A stretch of 64,000 nt of DNA from the human T2T-CHM13v2.0 reference genome, Homo sapiens (GCF_009914755.1 NC_060934.1); one strand, 5' to 3'; shown: positions 19,982 through 38,422, numbered from the stretch's first letter. A program made the numbers and translations. The notes: generated by a model from the sequence alone, not told the origin.

Positions 19982-21553
19982 ATTTATTTATTTATTTATT
20001 TTTATTTATTTATTTTTTTTTATTGATCATTCTTGGGTGTTTCTCGCAGAGGGGGATTTGGCAGGGTCACAGGACAATAGTGGAGGGAAGGTCAGCAGAT
20101 AAACACGTGAACAAAGGTCTCTGGTTTTCCTAGGCAGAGGACCCTGCGGCCTTCCGCAGTGTTTGTGTCCCCGGGTACTTGCGATTAGGGAGTGGTGATG
20201 ACTCTTAAGGAGCATGCTGCCTTCAAGCATCTGTTTAACAAAGCACAACTTGCACCGCCCTTAATCCATTCAACCCTGAGTGGATACAGCACATGTTTCA
20301 GAGAGCACAGGGTTGGGGGTAAGGTCACAGATCAACAGGATCCCAAGGCAGAAGAATTTTTCTTAGTACAGAACAAAATGAAAAGTCTCCCATGTCTACC
20401 TCTTTCTACACAGACACGGCAACCATCCGATTTCTCAATCTTTTCCCCACCTTTCCCCGCTTTCTATTCCACAAAACCGCCATTGTCATCATGGCCCGTT
20501 CTCAATGAGCTGTTGGTTACACCTCCCAGACAGGGTGGTGGCCGGGCAGAGGGGCTCCTCACTTCCCAGTAGGGGCGGCCGGGCAGAGGCGCCCCTCACC
20601 TCCCGGACGGGGCGGCTGGCCAGGCGGGGGGCTGACCCCCCCACCTCCCTCCCGGACGGGGCGGCTGGCCGGGCGGGGGGCTGACCCCCCCACCTCCCTC
20701 CCGGACGAGGTGGCTGCCGGGCGGAGACGCTCCTCACTTCCCAGACGGGGTGGCTGCTGGGCGGAGGGGCTCCTCACTTCTCAGACGGGGCGGTTGCCAG
20801 GCAGAGGGTCTCCTCACTTCTCAGACGGGGCGGCCGGGCAGAGATGCTCCTCACATCCCAGACGGGGCGGCAGGGCAGAGGTGCTCCCCACATCTCAGAC
20901 AATGGGCGGCCGGGCAGAGACGCTCCTCACTTCCCAGATGTGATGGCGGCCGGGAAGAGGCGCTCCTCACTTCCTAGATGGGATGGCGGCCAGGCAGAGA
21001 CGCTCCTCACTTTCCAGACTGGGCAGCCAGGCAGAGGGGCTCCTCACATCCCAGACGATGGGCGGCCAGGCGGAGACGCTCCTCACTTCCCAGACGGGGT
21101 GGCGGCCGGGCAGAGGCTGCAATCTCGGCACTTTGGGAGGCCAAGGCAGGCGGCTGGGAGGTGGAGGTTGTAGCGAGCCGAGATCACGCCACTGCACTCC
21201 AGCCTGGGCACCGTTGAGCACTGAGTGAACGAGACTCCATCTGCAATCCCGGCACCTCGGGAGGCCGAGGCTGGCGGATCACTCGCGGTTAGGAGCTGGA
21301 GACCAGCCCAGCCAACACAGCGAAACCCTGTCTTCACCAAAAAAATACGAAAACCAGTCAGGCGTGGCGGCGCGCGCCTGCAATCGCAGGCACTCGGCAG
21401 GCTGAGGCAGGAGAATCAGGCAGGGAGGTTGCAGTGAGCCGAGATGGCAGCAGTACCATCCAGCTTCGGCTCGGCATCAGAGGGAGACTGTGGAAAGAAA
21501 GGGAGAGGGAGACCGTGGGGAGAGGGAGAGGGAGAGGGAGCGGGAGCGGGAGC
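19982..21553 (-). mobile_element. Full-length SVA retrotransposon #2 (SVA_D-like, short VNTR)
   Basis: (TTTA)n-patterned tail, SINE-R, VNTR, Alu-like domain, hexamer end; TSD ggaaaaaatattt(a) at 19969-19981/2 and 21554-21566/7; near-canonical L1 endonuclease site ATTT/AA. Confidence 0.97.
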
Positions 21554-21639
21554 GGAAAAAATATTTAAAGATGATATACAGTCTACAGCAAACCACCAAA
21601 TGCATCATTTGCAAGTTTAGGCTAATGATAAAAATTTCA

Positions 21640-22204
<565 letters not shown>

Positions 22205-22355
22205 CTAGCATATGTTTATTTATGAGTGGCAGCTGTATCTCTAGTCACTAGGTCAGGACCTGGTATATTCTAGGTGCCCTGGAAGCATTCTCCAGAAACA
22301 GAGGTGCGGTGAGGAGAGTTTGGATCCAGTTTGGACTGCAGATAAATGTTTGTGA

Positions 22356-22470
22356 GGCTGGGCATGGTGGCTCACACCTGCAATCCCAGCGCTTTCAGAG
22401 GCCAAGGCGGGAGGACCGCCAGAGCCCAGGAGTGAGAGACCAGCCTGTGCAACATAGTGAGACCCCTGTC
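22356..22470 (+). mobile_element. FLAM/Alu left monomer within L2-derived sequence
   Basis: Left-arm-only Alu; 'tgtttgtga' duplicated on both sides. Confidence 0.8.
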
Positions 22471-23137
22471 TAATTATTTTAAAAAAGGTTGTTTGTGAAA
22501 TGACTGAGCAAGTAAATAATGAAGGAGTGAAGGAACTTGGACTGATGACCTGGAACACCTGTACCCTTCTCCCACTCCAAAAAACCCCTGCCCATCCTCA
22601 CAATCCAGGGCCAGCATCACTCTTTTTTTCTGGAAGCTTCCTCAGTATCCTGGGTATGGGTCCCCTGTGATTCATGGAGGACCCCCAGTGGGGCTCCCAA
22701 TGGCACGGCATTACCAGCACCTGCACCTGCTGCCTCCCCAGTCACCCCTGGCTCCCAGGGTTCCATTGCACAGTAGATCCTCTAGAAATGCTTCACAGAC
22801 ATTGATGTGGTGAGGGAGGAGGGACAGGGTAGCAGTCTCACCACCCATTACCCCCACCCCCGCCTCTCATTCAACGAACACTTTGAGCACCTGGCACTTT
22901 GATCCCCTCAGTGCCAGGCACTGAGCTCCAAATCCCAGACTCTGTAACGTGCAAGCAATCCTTACTCTTTCTATTTTAATATCTTAACCCATGTATTTAT
23001 ATACCTTGTCAAGTAAAATGTATTCTTTTTTAATGATTCTCAAAAGGATACTCATTGAAAAAATTTAGAAAACACCGAAAAATGCAAGGAAGAAAAATAC
23101 AATTCTCTTACAATCCTGTATAATCCTGTGCCTCTAG

Positions 23138-23292
23138 GCCTACAATCAGCTCCAAGCAACGGCACAGACACCTCCTCCTCCGGATGACCAGGATTGCCTC
23201 TGGCTTTGTCACAAGCTGGAACAGGGTCCTTTGGAGGATGGGGCTCTGTGAAGAAAAAGAGGTGAAGTGTTTGGATTCAGTCTGAGCCAAAG
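23138..23292 (+). ncRNA. Candidate internal exon of a spliced, probably non-coding transcript
   Basis: Acceptor 'cctgtgcctctag|' before 23138, strong donor 'AAG|GTGAGC' after 23292; 155 bp of unique sequence; no long ORF. Confidence 0.5.
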
Positions 23293-23497
23293 GTGAGCGT
23301 TATCAGTCCCCGAAAGGCCTCAGGGGTTGGCTGACTCTCTGAGAGGCCGGCAAGACTGGTGAAGTTCTGGAAGGGGACCTGGGGGGTGGGGCCCGGGGAC
23401 ATGGGGGGTGGGGCCCGAGGCCCAGGCAGAGGCCAAACATTGCCCAGGGCCCGGCTTTAGTCTGCAACAACCCTCATTGTTCTCTCACTGTCTCTAG

Positions 23498-23859
23498 GCC
23501 ACTTTATCTGGGTTTAAGGACACAAGACTCCGTGAAAGACAAGCTAGTTCTTCTTCCTGCCCCGGGAGTCCACTGCAGGCCGATGCAGACGCAACCACTT
23601 CCTCAGCCGCTGTGGCTGAGAGCCCGCCACTGCACTCTATGGGCTTGGTGCTGGGTATGGAGAGGAGGGTATGACATAGCCCCTGCCCTCAGAGTTTTTT
23701 CCTACTCATTATCCCTGCTGTCTCTGGGGACTTCTTAAATGTCAGCAATCATTGTCATCTTCACTGTTGCCTCCGCAGCCACCGCACATGGCTGCACCTG
23801 GGCCATCTCCTCTGATGTAAAGGCTGTGCAGCCAAAATTTGCAATTCTTCCCCCAGCTT

Positions 23860-23860
<1 letters not shown>
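23498..23860 (+). ncRNA. Candidate downstream or terminal exon (3' end undefined)
   Basis: Long pyrimidine tract 'cattgttctctcactgtctctag|' closing a 205-bp G-run-rich intron. Confidence 0.42.
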
Positions 23861-24751
<891 letters not shown>

Positions 24752-24820
24752 TTCCTGTTTTTCAAATAAAATTACTTTTTATTTATTTATTTATTTATTT
24801 ATTTTTAAAGATGGACTCTC

Positions 24821-25168
<348 letters not shown>

Positions 25169-26205
25169 CTAATGCCCATGGGATCAATGCCAAATTCATC
25201 TCCCTGGCAGTCAATGCTCTATTCTCCTTCTCCCCTCCACCTCTCCACCTCTCCAGCATGCTCCCACAACATTCTGCCCCAGTGACCTCAACCTGCAATG
25301 CCCACCTGTCCCATGGACCTCCCTGCCCATGCCTCTACTCCAGCCAATACTGGCTCATGTGTACACACCATGCTGTGTACCGTCTGTGCTTTGCTCATGC
25401 CGCTTGCCTCACCCGAGTGCCTCTCCTCCCCTCGGCTCGTCTGGTGCCTGTTTACTCTGCAAGGCCAGAGCATGCCCCCTGCATCCTGGAGGTCTCCTCT
25501 CATCATCCCAGCCCCACCGGGCTCCTGCAGCATTTCTGAGGTCTGTATCTTTCAGAGAGCTACGCTGCACATTGCCTGCTGCTCCCAGCAATCCTTACAC
25601 CTTTCACCCCTCTCCCCATGTGTTTACTGGGCACCTAGGGCATGCTGAACACTGTTTGGGATAAAACAGATCCAAGGCTTAATGAGACAGATACCATCTC
25701 TGCCCTCCAGAGGTTACAGTCTGCGGTCAGGGGTGGGTGGGGGGACCTACAAGAGAAGGGGCAAAGACCACAGGGCATGTGGTCAGATTTAAAGGGAGGG
25801 GCTGCCTCGGAAGCCACCCAGTCCAGAATTGGGCAGCCGTAGAAGGCTTCTGGGAGCAGGCGGATCTGAGCTGAGACCCAAGCATAGGCAAGAGTCAGCC
25901 TGGCAGAGGGGTGGGGCACAGAGCTCATCTTCCAGGCAGAGTCCTGGGTGCACATGTGTCTGGCAGAAGGAGGGCTGAGCTGGGCATGAGGTGGAAGTGA
26001 GCCGGGCCATGCAGAGCTCAGCAGGCCTGAAGGGGAAGCCATGACTGTCTCACAATGCCTCCCTCAGCATGTGATGCTAAGGGGCAGAAGCTGGCTCCCA
26101 GGCACATCTCAAGGGCACCAAGCCAGACACCCCACAGAAGGCCTTCAGGAACCCTAGTTAAATAGGTGACTAAGCAAATTATTTCATGAATAAATGTAAC
26201 AATGA

Positions 26206-27022
<817 letters not shown>

Positions 27023-27072
27023 ATGTGGGAATGGGTGAATCCAGGGTTTCTAGTGCTGTTTCCCTGAGTCTT

Positions 27073-27487
27073 TTTTTTTGAGATAGAGTCTCACTCTGTC
27101 ACCCAGGTGCAATCTCGGCTCACTGCAACCTCTGCCTCCTGGGTTCAAACGATTCTCCAGTCTCAGCCCCCTGAGTAGCTGGGATTACAGGCACCCAGTA
27201 CCATGCCCGGCAATTTTTTTTTTTTTTTTTTTTTAGACTGGAGTGCAGTGGCACGATCTGAGCTCACTGCAACCTCCGCCTCTGGGTTCAAGCAATTTTC
27301 TGCCTCAGCCTCCCGAGCAGCTGGGATTACAGGTGGCTGCCACCATTCCTGGCTAATTTTTGTATTTTTAGTAGAGACGGGGTTTCACCATATTGGCCAG
27401 GCTGGTCTTGAACTCCTGACCTTGTGATCCACTCACCTCAGCCTCTCAAAGTGCTGGGATTACAGGTGTGAGCCATCATGCCCAGCC
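27073..27487 (-). mobile_element. Three-arm Alu (left-right-right) bounded by one TSD
   Basis: TSD tccctgagtctt at 27061-27072 and 27488-27499. Confidence 0.85.
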
Positions 27488-28159
27488 TCCCTGAGTCTTC
27501 AGTAACAATCTTGTTTGGCCTCTGGGCAGGCCAAGGAGGAGGAAAGTTACTTGGAGCTTCTCTACCCTGATTTTCAAGGAAGGGAAAACAGAACGAACCG
27601 TGAGCCAACAGGCCCTGTTTTCTTTCTCTTGGGAGAAGGCTGGCCTTGGGGAGATGTTCTAGGAAAGGTCACCTTTCCACTCCATGGTGCCAGGGAGGAA
27701 ACCAGAAGGCCTTCCTTACAAACGAAGGGAACATTTCTTGCCAGATCTCTGGAGGAAAACTTGGAGGGAAAGGTTTGGTGCTATCCTGGAGAAGAAAGAT
27801 AACAGTACTATCCAACCCCATCTGACCTCTGGAAGGCAAAGTCAGGCACATTATCTTTCAAGCCACGTGGGAAGGAAGGCAAGAGCTAGAGGAGAGACAT
27901 GGAGGAGGCCCAGGGAGGGCAAGTGATTTTCCCAAAGCTACACAGCCAGCCTTAGACCCAGCTATGAGTTGAACCCACAGGACCTTCTCTGTCCATTAAA
28001 CCACGGGGAAGGAGGACAGAAGCAGGGAAAACTGAGTCTGTTTGCAGGAAGAAGATTCAGAAAAGCAACTGGACTTACTAGAAAACGAAAGAAAAATTAT
28101 CTTTTGAGGGGCACCACGGCTCCACCTGCGCAGAATGCAATTTGGCAATGAGGAGTCAG

Positions 28160-29270
<1,111 letters not shown>

Positions 29271-29499
29271 AGTACATTCTGCTGGTAAAAAAATAAAAAT
29301 ACAAACAATATAGATATGTATGAGAGTAAAAAGTGAAAGAACCCCTGTAATTCCACTGCCCAGAGATAACCAGTGTTAATAGTTAATATTTTCTTAGTCA
29401 TGCACACACACATAAAACACAGGCAGTGAGGTAAGTGGTCACATTCCTGTACCCTATATACACATATACACATGGCCACCCACATATACACGTACACAG

Positions 29500-30414
29500 A
29501 GTGAAGGGAAAATAGAATCTCAGGACCCCAAACTCACTATGCCAAAGGGAAAAGTTAAGCTTGGAAACTGAGTCACACCAAAAGCTGCCCTTTCTTTTTT
29601 TCTTTCTTTCTTTCTTTTTTTTTTCTTTTGAGACAGATTCTCACTCTGTTGCCCAGGCTAGAGTGCAGTGGCACAATGTCAGCTCAATGCAACCTCTGCC
29701 TCCTGGGTTCAAGTGATTCTCCTGCCTCAGCCTCCTGAGTAGCTGGTATTATAGGTGCCCACCACTATGCCTGGCTAATTTTCTTATTTTTAGTAGAAAT
29801 GGGGTTTCACCATGTTGGGCAGGCTGGTTTCGAACTCCTGACCTCAGGTGATCCACCTGCCTCGGCCTCCCAAAACGCTGGGATTACAGGCGTGAGCCAC
29901 CACACCTGGTCAAACTGCCTTTCTTTTTGTTTCTAAGCAGATAGCTACAAAATAGAAGACCCTGTCTCCGCTGGTGGCCTCCCTCACCCTGACCATGTAC
30001 ATTAACACCTTATCTTCACAGGTATAAGACAAAGACAAGACTAGAAATCACCCCTCCAGCCACCCAGAGACAAATGCAGATTTACTGAGCAGGCGACAGA
30101 GGCATAATTGCCTGTGCCTCCACCCTCTCCTTTCATAGGTAACACGTGGATTTGGTGAGCACTAATCAAAGCCTCACAGAAATGTGCCCCCTTATCTCAC
30201 TGCCTACCCTCCTTTTTTTTTCCTTCCCCACTTTCCCTCCTGCCTGCTCTTTCTCCTTCTAATACTGAAGCCCTCAAAATCTTCTCTGAAAAAATTATGC
30301 GGCCACAGATCCCACTGTGGCATAAGCCTCTTTTTTGGGGCACGTCCTCAGTCTTGTCAAAATAGACCTCTAAATATTGATGGAGACTTGCCTCAGACAC
30401 TTTTCTGGGTTACA
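29500..30414 (+). mobile_element. MER4-family ERV1 solo LTR (MER4B/D-like) with an internal antisense AluS (~29594-29911)
   Basis: 'gtgaagggaaaatagaatctcaggaccccaaactcactatgccaaagggaaaagttaagcttggaaactgagtcac' start; ends '...gggttaca'. Confidence 0.85.
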
Positions 30415-30572
30415 ACACGCATACATACATATACACATACATACTACATATACACATCCGTATCTATACATGCACTTATGCACATATACACATACCTGTG
30501 TGTATATATATATACACACATGGACATGCATGTATGCACAAATACATACACATATATACATGTGTGTATATA
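30415..30572. repeat. (CA/TA)-rich low-complexity repeat, continuous with 29455-29499 before the LTR inserted
   Basis: Seen directly in the sequence. Confidence 0.8.
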
Positions 30573-30696
30573 GAACTACTGTTTTGGAACTTATTTTTTC
30601 ATGTAACATGATATATCCATTTCTCCACATCAATTCATATAGATCAATCAGCCTCATCCCCTTTATATTTAACATTTTTTCTTTATTTAAAAAAAC

Positions 30697-32040
<1,344 letters not shown>

Positions 32041-32053
32041 AACAGTAATATAA

Positions 32054-32380
<327 letters not shown>

Positions 32381-32390
32381 TAATTTAAAA

Positions 32391-32550
32391 AATATATATA
32401 TATACTTTTATATATACATATACCTTATATATATCTTTTATATATATACACCTTATATATATCTTTTATATATATATATCATATATATCATATATATATA
32501 TATATATATCATATATATATATACTCTCACACACACATATACATATATCT
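32391..32550. repeat. (TA)n-rich compound microsatellite
   Basis: Seen directly in the sequence. Confidence 0.9.
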
Positions 32551-32788
32551 TTACCCCATGATCTCCAATCTGAAGACAGAGAAATTTGCATGAAGGAGGC
32601 ACACTCAGGGTGGTCTGAGGGCAGAGCCCTGGCGTGGGCAGTGGGAGTTCCTGCTCCAGGCCAGCTTTGCACCTCGCCTGCTGGGAGGGCTCAGGCAGAG
32701 CATCCACTTGGGCTTCTGGGAGCCTCTGCTTCCTTCTTCAAGGCCTGTGGCTTTCAAAATCTTAATATGGAATCCCACCATGATAGCC

Positions 32789-33235
32789 CAGTGTTTCTCA
32801 ATCCTGGCTGCCCTTTTGAAAAACTGGAGGAACTTTAAAAATATATACCTCTTCTCAGTCCCCAGAGATACTGACTCAATGCCTGACTTAAAAAGCTGCT
32901 CAGGCGGGCAAAGTGGCTCACACGTGTAATCTCAACCCTTTAGGAGACTGAGGTAGGAGGATCGTTTGAGCCCAGTAGTTCAGGACCAGCCTGGGCAACA
33001 TGGCGAGACCCTGTCTCTACATAAATAATAAAAAATATTAGCCGGGTGTGATGGTCCACGCCTATGATCCTAGCTATTCGGGAAGCTGAGGAGGGAGGAT
33101 CGCTTGAGCCCAGGAGGTCAAGGCTGCAGTGAGCCAGATCGTGCCACTGTGTTCCAGCGTGGGCAACAGCAAAACTCTTGTCTCAAATAAATAAATAAAA
33201 AATAAAAAACAAAACAACAACAACAAAAGAAGAAA
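32789..33235 (+). mobile_element. MER5A fragment (~32789-32900) followed by AluJ (~32903-33235)
   Basis: 'cagtgtttctcaatcctggctgc...ccccagagatactgactcaat', then an AluJ dimer. Confidence 0.75.
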
Positions 33236-33529
33236 AAGGAGGAGGAGGAGAGAAAGAAAGGAAAGAAGGAAGAAAAAGAGAAAGAAAATTAGAATGGGAA
33301 GAATTTCAGTTTTATAACTGTAACTGATTATTTTAAACGTATTTTTATTGTAAAAATAAAACCCGGATACAGAATCCAATGGTTCTGATGTACGGCTTAA
33401 CTAATTACTACAAAGTGAACTGCCTCCGAGACCAAGAAAAAGAACTTTGCCAGCCACAGCAGAAGTCTCTCCACGCGCCCCACCCCAGTCACTCCTTCCT
33501 CTTCCATAAGTAGTCATCCTTATTCTGAC

Positions 33530-34065
33530 TCACAGGACGCATTAATTGCGTTTTTAACAGCAAGTCCGCTGGAGGTGGGAGGCGCTCGGGGAAGCTTCTA
33601 GGGCCGTCAGGGCCCATTCCCTCCGCTAACACCCCTCTCTCCCCAACCCTCAGGTTGCGCAAGACCTCTCCAGCCCGGCGAACCCGTGGGGCTCAGCAGT
33701 CCTCCTCCACGCTCAAGATGCAGTTTGATGCAATCCTAGAGGACGCAGTTTCAAGTTTCTCGAGATAGAGAAGCGAAAGAGGATCCGAAACCGCGCTTCA
33801 CATCTGAATCTGATTTCAGATTCCTCCGGAATATAGCGGAAGCGCGGGGTTGAGGGCGCAGACCGGGGCAGAGGAGAGGCGCGCAGGTCTGCTGGGACGC
33901 AGCGCGGGGCGCGCGGTGGCGCACTCGTGGCCTGACGCATCCGCGAGACTGCACGCGGCCAGGCGGGGGCACGAACGGGTTGGGGCATGCGCGGGCAGCG
34001 TCGAGTGGGTCCCTTGGGGGTGGGGGTGGGGGGCAGTCGAACTAGGGAGAGAGTCTGTGGAAGGG
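33530..34065. promoter_or_regulatory. Orphan CpG island / probable promoter or enhancer
   Basis: Only CpG-dense unique region in the window; TTGCGCAA 33655-33662, TGATGCAAT 33726-33734, CGGAAG ~33837-33842, TGACGC 33933-33938, GCATGCGC 33985-33992. Confidence 0.8.
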
Positions 34066-34111
34066 CTCAGTTGTCACTTCACACCTTTCCCCGCTGTTTA
34101 TTGATCTTTAA

Positions 34112-34200
34112 CTCTCTCTGTGTGTCCTCTCTCTCTCTCTCTCTCCCTCTCCTCTCTCTGTTTCTCTCTCTCTCCTCTCTCTGTTTCTCTCTCTCTATCC
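34112..34200. repeat. (TC)n-rich microsatellite
   Basis: Seen directly in the sequence. Confidence 0.9.
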
Positions 34201-34569
34201 CTTCCTGTCCACCCTTTGGGGCCATCTCTTCCAAGAAACAACCGTCTCTCCCAGCCCATGGGAAATTGTCTCTCCTGCGAACTTATCCAACCTGAGGGGG
34301 TCTCATCCATGCCGATACCGGCTGCTTGTGGAACCTTGTAAGAGTTCTTCCCTCTCCCTGTAAAATGGAGATAAGCTGTGTGGTGCTGAGGCCAGCGCCG
34401 GGCACACTCACCCTCACCTTCTTCCTGAGAGAGGAAAGAGCCTGGAGACCTGGATTCTACCTCTGCCCCCAACCCCTACCACAGGGTAGCCCTGCCACCA
34501 CCTGCTGGTTCTTTGGGCAAGTCACTCTTTTATTGGACTTCCATTTCCTCAGCTCTAAAATGAAGGAGG

Positions 34570-34745
34570 TGAGCCCAGTGTGGTGGCACCTGTAGTTCCA
34601 GCTACCTGCAGGCTGAGGCAGGAGGATCGTTTGAGCCCGGGGGGCAGAGGTTAGAGTGAGCGGAGATCTTGCCACTGCACCCCAGCCTGGGCAACAGAGC
34701 AAGACCCTGTCTTTAAAAAAAAAGTGATTAAAAAATAAAAATAAA
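34570..34745 (+). mobile_element. FRAM/Alu right monomer inside a MIR
   Basis: Right-arm-only Alu; TSD 'taaaatgaaggaggt'. Confidence 0.85.
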
Positions 34746-35499
34746 ATGAAGGAGGTAAACAAACTCAGGAATTTTGTATGAATGGCATAAATGAGCACAT
34801 TAGAAGGAAGCAACTTTCCTTCTCTCTTTTTTTCAATCCTGTACAGGTCAGCTTCCCCTCTGCCCTCTGCTCCCCTCCTCCCTCCCTACCATCCTCCAGC
34901 CCCCCAAAGCCCTCCCAATTTGAGCCTCCTTTTGGAAAACATCTCTGAGTATGGTACCGTTGGTATCGGTGACTAAGAGGCTCCAAGGATACCCTTCTGG
35001 GGGATTTCCAAAATAATGAGGAAGTCCATTTCCAAAATCATGGGAAGTCCCAACTGGGCCTCCCAGACAGTTGGCCACTGAGTCTGTCCCCTAAAGGATC
35101 TGCTTGACTTGCACAGTCTTAAAGGCATCATGTCTGGTTTTTAAACATAATTTCAGTTAGTAGCCAACAGTTCAGATCAAGGGATCACACGGCCTGTTTG
35201 ACCTGTTCTTGCAGGGTCATGCATGCTCCACTGAGCCATGGGAAGTGTCCACACCCAGCCATGGGAGCCCTGTGGGATCTGAAACTGACATTTCTGCTTT
35301 AGGTGCCTTAAGCTGAAGAAATGCATAGTAGCGGGAATTGGAGTGCAAGTGAGTGCAGTAGGGGAAGTATTTTGCCATAAGAAACCCTAAGCCTCTATGG
35401 ACAAGAAATTCTCCAGGGGCAGACTGGCCTTGACCCCAGAAATGTCACATTGGACTCGGCCTTGGTTTTCCTCATCTATACAATGGTCAATCAGACTAG

Positions 35500-35841
<342 letters not shown>

Positions 35842-37051
35842 TAGACATTTTAGGGCCTGTGCACTTCCGCGGTAATGGTTTCTTGTTTTGTCCTCACTCG
35901 GAGGGCACACTCCTCAGGCTAGTGGCATGGGCCATTGTCCTAGAGTCCCTGGGGCCCGGCCCTACCATGAATTCTGCGTCTCTCCCTTCAGCCCTTGTCC
36001 CTCCCTCCGTGCCATGGCTTGGCACCGTTCTTGTCTTTGCAACCCTCCACAGGCGCCTCCTCCTCTGACCCTTCAAACCTTCCTGCCCTCAAACTCTGTC
36101 TCCCTACACCTCCCTGCCTTCCACTCTATGTTTCTGCCTTCTCCTTCAGCCCACAGATATTACTGACCATGGTTGCCAGCCCTATGTTAGGCCTGGGAAT
36201 TCAAGAGAGAATTAGAGCCCTCTGTGGACTCCCAGCTCTACTAGGGAGAGAGACCCACAAATAGGGATAGAGAGGGGTAAATGCTTCAGTGGGTGAGTAC
36301 AGGGCCTGCAAGGCCACTCAGCTCAGACTGAGGGGGTCAGAGAGAGCTTCCTGGAGGAGGCAGTATCTGAAGTGAGAAGCGGAGGGAAGTCCACCAGGCA
36401 CACACAGCAGGTGGGGGAGAGTGCTGCAGGCTGAGGATGCGGCATATGTGAAGGCCCAAGGAAAAGCAGAGCACGCAGCATGCAGGCCCTGGAGGGGTGA
36501 GGCTGCACCTGGGGAGGTCTCATCCCGAGGCTGACAGCAGGTTTAGGGTCTGGAAACGCCACATGCCCTGCTGTCTCCCTGGCTGTTCAACTCCTTCCAG
36601 GCCTGACATTCACCAGCTCCTTGAAGACAAGATCATGCAGATACTTTTCAGCACACACATCTGGTCTCCCCGGCAAGTGCCCAGCTCTGGGCCTGTACCC
36701 TCCCAGCAGCACCACACAAGATGGCCGACCTGAGCTCATCAACTGCTCACTGGGGTCCCTCCCCTGACCCTAACCCTGCTTCAGTCACCCAGTAAGGGAT
36801 CCCTGGCATGCAACATGTCCTTGGCTCCAGAGGGGTTAGATCCTTGGGGCTCCAGCAGGCAGAGCTGGAGCCTCGTGGCGTTTTGAGTACTCATAGGGAC
36901 GGTTTGGGTTGTTGCAGGGATGTGGGAGGCACTGCTGGTGTTTGGGCCAGAGACCAGGACGGCCGAACATCCTGCAATGCTCAGAGCCGCCCTTTGGAAC
37001 AACAACAACAAAAAAACTGTCCAAAGTATTCTGATTTTCAAATGTCCCTTC

Positions 37052-37538
37052 TGTAGCGTCCCCTAGTTTGTCCCACTTTCTTTCCGTGTCCTGACCGAAA
37101 ATCTAGAGTGCCTTGACTGTTTCATGACCCAACCAGCTGCAGGGCTTCCCAGCAGGCTTGAACCCAAACCAGGGCCTCGAACATTCCCAGGCACTGATAA
37201 AGAAGTCTAGGTTATTGCCCAAAACCCTGAACAAAACTGGCCCCAGCCTTGAGCCCAATTCCTTAAAGCCTCAGAAAAATTCCACACCCTGACCTCATGG
37301 CTGTGGACACACCTAGGTGGACCTCCCTTTCTCTCCTGGCTGCCTGAGGATGTGCACGGCCCTGTGGAAGTGAGCTCCCCTAATAAAAGCCTGGACTCAT
37401 CACCCCGGCGCTTCGTGCTTCTCTCTTTGGAATCCCAGCTGGCCCCCCTTCAGGATGATTCAGGCACTCCCTTGTGGGAACTCCTCTGCCACCACTTTTG
37501 GGGCAACCCTAGCTGAGGGCTGGGGGTGAGACAAGACA
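37052..37538 (+). mobile_element. MER54-family ERVL solo LTR
   Basis: TG...CA ends, 'gaacattcccaggcactgataaag...aaactggccccagccttgagcccaattccttaaa', AATAAA; near-TSD ccttc/ctttc. Confidence 0.75.
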
Positions 37539-37593
37539 CTTTCACATATTCGTGTCACTGAAAAACCAAACTCCATTTCACACCTAAACATGA

Positions 37594-38227
<634 letters not shown>

Positions 38228-38422
38228 TAAAACATACTCTGAGAACACAAATGAATGGAAGATTGGACTTTGTTTTGTAGGGAACTTCGCCAAGAGTTTA
38301 ACCATTTCAGAGAATCACAGCACTGATAGCGGCTTCTCTCCCAGGTTCAGGTCACCAAAACAGCATCCTCCACCATCGGCGTTGGTGGCTGGGTATCTGT
38401 GATGCTTCCCATGCAATGTGAG

